Part shown: positions 35,682 through 43,600 of the stretch, in pieces
Position numbering within the stretch: position 1 is the stretch's first letter
Layout: every line of letters begins with the position of its first letter
Origin: an uncultured Candidatus Kuenenia sp.
Lineage (GTDB): Bacteria; Planctomycetota; Planctomycetia; Pirellulales; UBA1268
Direction: 5' to 3'
Assembly (NCBI GenBank): GCA_964453165.1
Contig: CAYVNX010000001.1
Span: forward strand, 27,284-91,283
Length of the DNA: 64,000 nt
The notes under the pieces: generated by a model
The model's database searches: none
Told to the model about the DNA's origin: nothing
The model's input: the letters and a program-made list of their open reading frames with translations, nothing else
Made by a program: the position numbers and the translations under genes

Positions 35682-37288
35682 TGGATCTCGAGGGTGCGTT
35701 TGACTTCGCCCTTCCGCTTGATGTGGCCGAGGAGGAACTCGCAGGCCACGTTGCAGCCGAGCAGCGTGCGGTTTCGCGGGGCGTCGAGCGAGCGATACAC
35801 CAGCCACTGCTCGAGGCCGGCCTGCACGCGGAAACCGGCCGCCTGATGGGGCCCGAGGTTCTGTCGGGTGTCGGCCACCGTCAACTGACGCCAGGTCAGC
35901 GGCCGACCGATCCGGGCTGGCTCGAGGTCGAGCCAGAGCGGGGCATACAGCCGGCGACCGGGCGAGTCCTGCGCGAGCCGGAGGTTCCCGGCCGTCGCGG
36001 TGAAACCCCCGCGTACCGGCACCCGCCATTCCTGAAGCGCGAGCGGACAGGCCATGAATCTCACGGCAGCGTCGCGGATAACGATCTCGCGGGTCTCGTT
36101 CGCCGCCACGGCCTCGAGGCCCGCTGCCAGCGGCAGGGAGGAGGCGTATTTCAGCCAGCCGGTGTTCGGGTCGGAATCGGCAGCGGTCAACGCCGGTGGA
36201 GCGGACGTGGTCACGGCGTCGGCCAGCAGCAGCACCCGGTCCCGGGGCAAGAGGACGAGACTCCGCTCGAACTGCCGGCCTCCGGGCAGCGCGGCGGTCA
36301 GTTCGAGATAGCAGGCCTTCGCACCCGGCTCCCAACAGGCCACGCTCCACGGGCCCTCGGGATCCAGTCGCTCGCCGTCGACCGAGAGACTCCACTCCCA
36401 GTCACCCTCGGCAAGCATCCGGTCTCCGGTCGCGATCTCGAGCCGTGGCACGGTCTGCCGGTAGTCACAGAGAACCCGAATGGCCCGCGCATCCCAGCCG
36501 GTGCGCAGGATGGCGACAGCTGCCTCAGGGTCGTTCAGATGGAGCCGGAGGCACCGGGCAGCCGGTTTGGACCCTCGCCCCGCAGCCCGGAGCATCTTGA
36601 CGGTGCGGGCTCGGCGGCCTTCCAGCGTGGCAACCGCCGCGAGCAGCGGGGCCGTGAAGGGAAGGGGCATCAGGCCTGCGCCCTCGATCTGGCGGCCGTG
36701 CCGGCCGAGCAGGCGAACGGACGCGGTCGCAGCCTCCCGCCACCGCCGTTCAGTCGGCCCGCCCCAGATCGCGGCTCCGGTCGCCTCGGCCAACTCGCGA
36801 CAGGTCGTCCAGCGAACGACCCGCCGCACCATGTCCCCACCGCTTGCGACGTTTACGACTCCGCCGGGCGAGACGAGCCGATCGATTTCGGCTGTGAGCG
36901 CGTCGGTAGCCGTGGCTTCAAGGCAGCGGCAGGCCTCGATGTCGGCGAACAGGCGGGCGAGGGTGAGCAAGAACCGGGCGGAGCTGGTGTCGCCCCGCGC
37001 GAGGAACTCCTGGGCAACGCGAGCTTCCTTCACGAGCCGTTCCAACAGGCCTCCCGCCGAGCCGCCGGCGCGACGGGCCCGGGCCATCCACCCCAGGGCC
37101 CAGGCCGCTCCCTCCGCGGCGAGCCAGCGATCCCCAGGACATCCGGATCCGACGTCGTCGAGGCAGTCGGAAATGGCGGCCTCCACGAACCGGGCCCGGT
37201 GGGGGTTGCCGGCGCCGTCCTTCACCTGGCCGGCCAGCCGCACGAGCCGGTCGCGACAGGCGGGCGTCTCAGTCCATTCGGCGATCAT
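35678..37288 (-). CDS. Hypothetical protein, possibly heparinase II/III-like at the C-terminus (start uncertain: ATG 37288 or 37495)
   Basis: Protein-like composition begins at MIAEWTETPACRDRLV. The 130 aa upstream in the track ORF are Arg/Pro-rich and would overlap the divergent gene start. The C-terminal segment ...GRQFERSLVLLPRDRVLLLADAV... weakly recalls heparinase II/III-type beta-sandwich domains (unverified). Confidence 0.5.
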   Translation of the reverse strand: MIAEWTETPACRDRLVRLAGQVKDGAGNPHRARFVEAAISDCLDDVGSGCPGDRWLAAEGAAWALGWMARARRAGGSAGGLLERLVKEARVAQEFLARGDTSSARFLLTLARLFADIEACRCLEATATDALTAEIDRLVSPGGVVNVASGGDMVRRVVRWTTCRELAEATGAAIWGGPTERRWREAATASVRLLGRHGRQIEGAGLMPLPFTAPLLAAVATLEGRRARTVKMLRAAGRGSKPAARCLRLHLNDPEAAVAILRTGWDARAIRVLCDYRQTVPRLEIATGDRMLAEGDWEWSLSVDGERLDPEGPWSVACWEPGAKACYLELTAALPGGRQFERSLVLLPRDRVLLLADAVTTSAPPALTAADSDPNTGWLKYASSLPLAAGLEAVAANETREIVIRDAAVRFMACPLALQEWRVPVRGGFTATAGNLRLAQDSPGRRLYAPLWLDLEPARIGRPLTWRQLTVADTRQNLGPHQAAGFRVQAGLEQWLVYRSLDAPRNRTLLGCNVACEFLLGHIKRKGEVKRTLEIQ

Positions 37289-37676
37289 GCTGATCCGACG
37301 GGCCGACTGGGTGCGGCGCACCCGCGGCGGTGTGGGGGAGTCCGCAGGAGCGTTCGCCCCATGAGGCTCCCGCAACGGCGGTGCTGCAGGTTGGGAGGCT
37401 GCGTCGCCCTCCTCAGTCCGGCGGACCGGAGGCCGCCGCTTCCCGTTGCGGCTGGCGTGGGACGAATCCTGGGGGCCGCGGGTCTCGGTAGGCATGCTTG
37501 GGTGGCGGGTGTTGTGGAAGGAAGTGGCCGAGCCCGTGGTGCGGGTCCGCCGGGCGGAGATGGCGCGGGAACCCCCGCGGCGGTATCGTACCGGAGGCGG
37601 GGTGCGGCATCCACGAACCGCGGGCCGCAGCCTGTCCCCGTCCAGCTGAGTTTGTCCCCCGGGAGGATCACGAGCC

Positions 37677-38411
37677 ATGCCCAGCCCCGCTGCTCGCCCC
37701 TGGTGGTTTCCGTTCGCCGGGAACGCCGTGACGGTTGCCGCCGTGGCGATCGCCCTGCCGCCGGTCTCGCGGGCGGAGCCCCCTGTCGCCGTCGACCCTG
37801 CGCCGCCGGTCGATGCCCACCCCGACCTCCGGCGGCTCTCGCCCGATCATGCCATCTGGATCGACCCCGTCCGCCGTCAGGTCGTCGTCGGGGGCGTGGT
37901 CGCGCTCGCGGAAGGGCCGATCGAGGTCTTCGCCTGTCCCGAGCGAACCAAGGAGCACGAGGCGGTGGTGGCGACCCACTGCCCCGCGCGGTTGCTGCAT
38001 GCCGGTCTCCTGGCGATCGGCCTGGAGCCGGGGAATCCTGTCTCGTTTCACCCTGAGTACGCAGCGGCCCGAGGACCAGCGGTCGCGATTCGAGTCCGCT
38101 GGCTCGACGCGGCGGGCAAGGCCCAGGAGTCCGCCGCCCAGGAATGGGTTCGCAACACGAAGACGGGCCGGCACCTCGAGGCCGAGTGGGTGTTTGCCGG
38201 AAGCGGCTTCTGGCGTGACCCTGCCGACGGCGCTGAGCACTACCAGGCCGACGGCGGCGACATGATCTGCGTCTCGAATTTTCCCACGGCGTTGCTCGAC
38301 CTTCCGCTTGAAAGCAGCGAGTCCAACGAGGCGTTGCTGTTCGAAGTCTTTGCCGGCCGGGTGCCGGCCCGCGGCACGGACGTGGAACTCGTGCTTTCTG
38401 CCGCCGAGTGA
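37677..38411 (+). CDS. Secreted hypothetical protein (YdjY-like domain suspected)
   Basis: N-terminal hydrophobic segment AVTVAAVAIALPPVSRA. I associate the motif EVFACPERTKEHEAVVATHCPARLLHAGLLAIGLEPG with YdjY-domain proteins common in PVC genomes; this is not verifiable here. Confidence 0.55.
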   Translation: MPSPAARPWWFPFAGNAVTVAAVAIALPPVSRAEPPVAVDPAPPVDAHPDLRRLSPDHAIWIDPVRRQVVVGGVVALAEGPIEVFACPERTKEHEAVVATHCPARLLHAGLLAIGLEPGNPVSFHPEYAAARGPAVAIRVRWLDAAGKAQESAAQEWVRNTKTGRHLEAEWVFAGSGFWRDPADGAEHYQADGGDMICVSNFPTALLDLPLESSESNEALLFEVFAGRVPARGTDVELVLSAAE

Positions 38412-38432
38412 CGCAGCCTAGCGTGCGGCCCC

Positions 38433-39293
38433 TTAGACCTGGCAGTGGGCCAGGATCTCGGCCGGGGTCGAGATGTAGCCGGTGTAGAAGGGCCCGAACT
38501 CGGCGTAGCGGGCGCTCGCCTCGTCGAATCGCATCGTGTAGACGATCTCCTTGAGAAATTCGGGCCGCCGGGCCCAGAGGGTCACGCCCCACTCCCAGTC
38601 GTCGAGGCCCACCGACACCGTGATCAATTGGCTGACGCGGCCACCGAACGACATGCCCGTGCGGCCGTGCTCGGCCATCAGCCGGCTTCGCTCGGCGAAC
38701 GGAAGCGTGAACCAATTTTCGCCGACCTTCCGCTTCTTGTTCATCGGATAGAAGCAGGCATTGGGCCAGGCTGGGAAATCGGGCTCGAGCCGGGCCTTCC
38801 GCATCATGTCTTCCCGAGCCGCGTAGCCCTGCACCTTGGCCTTCCAGGCGGGGCTGTCAGCCGTCTCACCCTCCTCGATCAGCCGTTGGCCGTATTGCTC
38901 GACGGTCGGCACGTATTCGCTCACCTCGGTGAGGCCCACGAACGAGTACGTGGGCACGATCGCCGCGCCGAGCGGACTCGCAAGCAGCCGTTGGTGGACG
39001 GCGTCCACCGCGAGCGGCGAGGGGTCGAGCACCATTAGTCCGAAGTCGGCTTTGTGGCCCGACACGATCCAGCTCTGGAGCCTGGTGGGCGCGTCCGGCC
39101 CGGTCGGATCGAGGGCGGCGGCAAAGGCCTCGCGGCCGGCCGCCCGTACCACCGGCGACAGCGAGGCGAGCAGCGGCCGATCAAACCGGTAGAAGGAGTG
39201 GGTCACGTGCCAGCCCGTCGCCGGTTGGATGGAGGTCTCGACCGCGTCGTGCGGAGAGGCGTGATGACCGTGAGCGGGAGCGGGCCGTGACAT
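38433..39293 (-). CDS. Chlorite dismutase-family protein (ChdC/HemQ-like coproheme decarboxylase candidate)
   Basis: 286 aa from ATG 39293 (MSRPAPAHGHH...). GWHVTHSFYRFDR, FYPMNKKR...ENWFTLPF..R..LM.EHG, VSQLITVSVGLDDWEWGVTLWA. The longer 461-aa track ORF runs antisense to the WXG-like gene and is rejected. Confidence 0.8.
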   Translation of the reverse strand: MSRPAPAHGHHASPHDAVETSIQPATGWHVTHSFYRFDRPLLASLSPVVRAAGREAFAAALDPTGPDAPTRLQSWIVSGHKADFGLMVLDPSPLAVDAVHQRLLASPLGAAIVPTYSFVGLTEVSEYVPTVEQYGQRLIEEGETADSPAWKAKVQGYAAREDMMRKARLEPDFPAWPNACFYPMNKKRKVGENWFTLPFAERSRLMAEHGRTGMSFGGRVSQLITVSVGLDDWEWGVTLWARRPEFLKEIVYTMRFDEASARYAEFGPFYTGYISTPAEILAHCQV

Positions 39294-39446
39294 GGCGAAA
39301 CTCGTGATGGGAGACGGATCGGGCGGAGGCAGTGCAGCAGCGGCGATTCGTGGACATCGGACGGCGGGCCGCCCCATGTCCACGCCAGCTGGTTTCGCGG
39401 TAGGATACCGGTTCGTTTCCAACCGGGCCATGAGGGGCAGTTCACC

Positions 39447-39719
39447 ATGGGACAGGCAATCGTCGATCCAGCCGAGCTTCGCCGTTTCGCGGGCAGCCTG
39501 CGGACCTTCAGCGAGGAGGTTCTCGCCCACATGCAGATGGTGCAGCGACAGCTGGCCGCGCTCGGCGCCACCTGGCGGGATCAGGAGCAGCAGAAGTTCG
39601 CCGAGGAGTTCGAGGCCCAGCTCACGACGTTCAAACGATTCGCCGAATCGACCGGCGAGTACGTGCCGTATCTGATTCGGAAGGCGGAGCGGGTCGAGGA
39701 ATACCTGCAGCAGCGGTAG
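39447..39719 (+). CDS. WXG100-like small helical-hairpin protein (W-x-D variant), P1 of the T7SS-like operon
   Basis: 90 aa; GAGGGG 9 nt upstream of the ATG. N-terminus AIVDPAELRRFAGSL parallels the canonical WXG100 I.V.PE.L...A. Central LGATWRDQEQQKFAEEFE lies between two predicted helices. High third-position GC and Lys/Glu/Gln/Phe-rich composition, unlike the antisense ORF. Confidence 0.6.
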   Translation: MGQAIVDPAELRRFAGSLRTFSEEVLAHMQMVQRQLAALGATWRDQEQQKFAEEFEAQLTTFKRFAESTGEYVPYLIRKAERVEEYLQQR

Positions 39720-39765
39720 GCGACACCGTCCCGGGAGGACGGGGGCGACCAGAGGAGACCGAGTC

Positions 39766-40374
39766 ATGGCCGACCAGGCCGATGTCAAATCGATCGACAC
39801 GCTGGCCTTCGTGCGCACGGCGTTTGCGTCGTTCGCCCATGAAACGGGCCAGGCCCTGGCGGAGATCGAGATTCAGGGACAGCGGGCCGTCGACTGGATC
39901 TGCGTCGATCAGGCCGCCTACTGGAAGACCGAGATCCGCAAGGCCAACGAGGTCGTCAACAAGGCGATCAAGGACCTGGAGCATTGCCGGACGTTCAAGA
40001 AGGTGGGCGATACCACCCCCTCGTGCATCGAGGAGAAGAAGGCCCTGGAGAAGGCCCGCCAGAAGCTCGCCCGGGCCGAGGCCAAGGCGGAGGCCGTGCG
40101 GCGGTGGACGCCGATCGTGCAGCAGCAGTTTCGCGAGACGGGTGTCCGGCTGGTGCGGTTCCGCGACGTGATCGACGTCGATTGCCCCCGGGCGATGGCC
40201 CAACTCGAGAAGATGCTGCGGGCGCTCGACGCCTACCGCCAGCTCTCGTCTCCCACGGGCGGCGCGGAGGGTGGCACTGGCTCGGCGGGGCCGAGCGTGA
40301 CCAGGCAATTGGAGGAGCCACCACCGGCTGCCGCCGGGCAGGCCGGGCCGGTTTCTGGAGGTGCGGCACCATGA
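39766..40374 (+). CDS. Helical protein of unknown function, P2 of the T7SS-like operon
   Basis: 202 aa. Helix-rich, charged (KKALEKARQKLARAEAKAEAVRRW), with a Gly/Pro/Ala-rich C-terminal tail. Its stop overlaps the P3 start (ATGA at 40371-40374). Confidence 0.6.
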   Translation: MADQADVKSIDTLAFVRTAFASFAHETGQALAEIEIQGQRAVDWICVDQAAYWKTEIRKANEVVNKAIKDLEHCRTFKKVGDTTPSCIEEKKALEKARQKLARAEAKAEAVRRWTPIVQQQFRETGVRLVRFRDVIDVDCPRAMAQLEKMLRALDAYRQLSSPTGGAEGGTGSAGPSVTRQLEEPPPAAAGQAGPVSGGAAP

Positions 40375-40607
40375 GAGTCTGTGACCTTTCCAGCGGCGCC
40401 TCGAAACTCGCCAACGCGCTCAAGCAGATGAATCTCAAGTGGGATGCCGCCACCGAGACCTGGAACGACGCGCGGGCAAAAGCCTTCCACAAAGAACATG
40501 TGGAGCCGCTTCTGCCGAGCGTGAAGGAGACGCTCGACGCCCTCGGCCGGCTCGCGGAGGTGCTCGACCGCGCCGCCCGCGACGTGAGTGACAGCGACGG
40601 GGCGTGA
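40371..40607 (+). CDS. Second small WXG100-like helical-hairpin protein (W-x-D variant), P3
   Basis: 78 aa: MRVCDLSSGASKLANALKQMNLKWDAATETWNDARAKAFHKEHVEPLL...LDALGRLAEVLDRAARDV. Central TWND..AKAF sits between two helices. ATG 40371 is translationally coupled to P2. Confidence 0.5.
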   Translation: MRVCDLSSGASKLANALKQMNLKWDAATETWNDARAKAFHKEHVEPLLPSVKETLDALGRLAEVLDRAARDVSDSDGA

Positions 40608-40662
40608 CCCCGGCGGCCCGATCCCTACCCGTTGCCCCCGCCCCATCCTCCGAGGTTTGAGA

Positions 40663-43600
40663 GTGAGTTCGAACGCCCCCGAGAGCGCCGCATCGCCCGC
40701 AGCCACAGCCGAGGCCCGCACCGCGTATCACCCCGACGTGCTGCGGCAGCAGATGGCGATTCTCCGTCGGGAGTCGGCGGCCAGGGCCAAGGCTGAGGCG
40801 GAGATCGCCGCGGCGTACGAAGAGGCTACGACGGCCGCGCAGGCCGCGGCGCAGCGGTCGCTCGCCGCCACCCGGGAGAAGCACGCCGCCGAGATCGAGG
40901 CCACTCGGCGGAAACACGATGACGTGAAGCGGCAGGCGGATGAGTTTCGGGCGGCAGAGCAGAAGAAGCTCGACGAGTTTCGCCAGGCGAAAACCAAGGC
41001 GATCAAGGGGGAGTGTGCCCAGCGGGTCGAAGACCTCAACGAGACCGAAACCTTCGAGCAGATCCGCTTCAAGGAGGTGGTGAAGTCGAAGACGCCAGAG
41101 CCGCAGCAGGCGGCAGCCGCGCTCGACCAGAAGCTCTCGGCCGGGCTTGCCCAACTCCGGGAGGCCGCCACCGCCGCGACCAAACTGCTCGCCTCGTGGG
41201 GCGTGAAGGGAGGCGAGTCCGCGGGAGCCGTTGCCGCGGCCGAGACAAAGGGGCCAGTCGAAGCGATCCTGGCGGCTCGCGATGCGGTGTTGGAGATCAC
41301 CAAGGCGATCAAGGGCGACGATGCGGCCAAGGCGGCGCTCTCGGGGGGTATTCGCGGGCTCTTGAGCGGCAACAAGGCCGAGAAGCGGACGGAACTCGCC
41401 GCCCGGCTCACTGAACTCGAATGCCACCTAGCGCGGGCCAACAGCCTCGAGCCGGCGGCGCGGCAATGGATCGCGGCGAAGAAGGAGGAGCACGCCCGCC
41501 GGCTCGAAACACAATTTCGCGAGGAGGATGCCGCCCGCAAGGCGGCCCTCAAGCAGGCGCTCGCCGCCGCTGCGGCGGCCCGCGACACGGCACTGGCCGA
41601 CCTGGAGGCGAAGGTGGCCGATGGCTCGGCCAAGCTCGCCGCCAAAGTGGGCGACCATCTGCGGGGAGCCGAGGAGAAGTACCCCGCCCGCGTGGCCGCC
41701 CTCGAGGCCGCGCTCGCGGCCGATGTGGATCGGCTCGAGCGGGAACGGGCCGAGCAACTCGCCGCCGCAGAGCGGACGCGGGACGATGCCCTGGCCGCGA
41801 TGACCGCCGCCTGGCGTCAGGCTCGGGAGTCGACGGCCGCGGTCTACGCCGACGCGACGCGGCTCGACGCCGAGGCGTTCAGGCCCTGGGCGGTGCTCGC
41901 CGATCCGACGGTGCCGCTGCCGGTCGACGCTCCACCGGGGCTCCGGTTCGGCGATCTGGCCCTGTCGCTCGAGCGGGTGCCCGGGGGCGTGTCGAACGTC
42001 GAAGAGCTCAACTCCTTCGGGCCGATCACCTGGTCGCAGCCGGCCACGGTCGCCTGGCCGGTCGCAGCCTCGCTCGTGATCAAGACCTCGGCCGGAGAGA
42101 AGGAGACGGCCTCGGCCCTCATCCAGGCCCTGATGCTCAGGATCGCCACCGGCATTCCCGCTGGCCAAAGCCGATTCACGATCATCGACCCGCTCGGCCT
42201 GGGCAAGCAATTTGCGGGCTTCATGCACCTCGCCGACCACGACGAGCTGCTCGTCACCAGTCGGATCTGGACGGAGCCGCAACTGATCGAGCAGAAACTC
42301 GCCGACATCACCGAACAGATGGAGGTGGTGATCCAGAAGTATCTGCGGAACGAATACGAGTCGATCGGTGCCTACAACGCCGATGCCGAAGTGCCGGAGC
42401 CGTACCGATTCGTGGCTGTGGCCAACTTCCCGGCCAACTTCAACGAGACGAGCGCCCGGCGGCTGGCCAGCATCGCCGCCTCGGGGCCGCGGTGCGGGGT
42501 GTATGTGATCGTGTCGATCGACCCCTCGCTTCAGATGCCTTCGGGCTTCAGCCGGGCCGAACTCGAGCAGCACGCGACCGTACTCGAGCTGAAGAACGGC
42601 ACCTTCACCTGGGCCGACCCGGAGTTTTCCAAGTGGCCGCTCGCGGTGGAACAGGCTCCACCCGACGATCTCTTCACCACGATCATCCAGCGGGTGGGGT
42701 CGGCGGCCAAGGCAGCCAAGCGGGTCGTGGTGCCGTTCGACCGCGTGGCCCCGAAGGAGGAGGACTGGTGGCACGGCAGCACGGCCAACGAGGTCATCGC
42801 CCCGCTCGGTCCAGCCGGCGCCAAGAAGCTTCAGTATCTCAAGCTCGGCAAGGGCACCAGCCAGCATCTGCTGATCGCCGGCAAGACGGGCTCCGGTAAA
42901 TCGACCCTGATGCACGCGATGATCACGAGTCTGGCGCTGCAGTACAGCCCCAACGAGATCCAGTTTTATCTGATCGATTTCAAGAAGGGAGTCGAGTTCA
43001 AGCTCTACGACCACTACGCGCTGCCGCATGCGCGGGTGATCGCGATCGAGAGCGAACGAGAGTTCGGCCTGTCGGTGATGGAGCAACTCGATCGCGAACT
43101 CAAGCGGCGCGGTGATCTGTTTCGCGAACTGTCGGTGCAGAACGTGGCCGGCTTCCGCCAGACGGGCCATCCCGATCCGATGCCCCGGATCCTCCTCCTG
43201 ATCGACGAGTTTCAGGAGATCTTCGTCGAGGACGACAAGATCGCCCAGGATGCCTCGCTGATCCTCGACCGACTGGTCCGGCAGGGCCGAGCCTTCGGCA
43301 TCCACGTGCTCCTCGGGTCGCAGACCCTGGGCGGCTCCTACAGCCTGCCACGGGCCACGATGGGGCAGATGGCGGTACGGATCGCACTGCAGTGCAACGA
43401 GGCTGACTCGAGTCTGATTCTCAGCGACGACAACACGGCGGCCCGACTGCTGACCCGGCCGGGCGAGGCGATCTACAACGACGCCAACGGCATGGTGGAG
43501 GGCAATAATCCCTTTCAGGTCGTGTTTCTCACCGACGAGCAGCGGGAGCAGTATCTCGGCGACCTGCGAAAGCTGGCCGACCGGCGGACCGACATTCCCC

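Noticed and set aside
34926-36395. Artefactual N-terminal extensions of real genes in the track: yggS 489 aa, Cld-family 461 aa (38433..39818), Rieske 216 aa (58644..59294), CPBP 491 aa (60071..61546), murB 346 aa, thiL 451 aa, tsaE 196 aa, isochorismatase 236 aa, cinA 468 aa.
   Set aside because: In each case family-typical sequence starts at an internal ATG/GTG, and the extension overlaps a neighbouring gene or is low-complexity. Shorter coordinates are used in the feature list.
39294-39446. Promoter call for the T7SS-like operon (TAGGAT at approx 39398-39403).
   Set aside because: There is no acceptable -35 hexamer at 16-18 nt spacing, so no promoter feature is reported for this operon.
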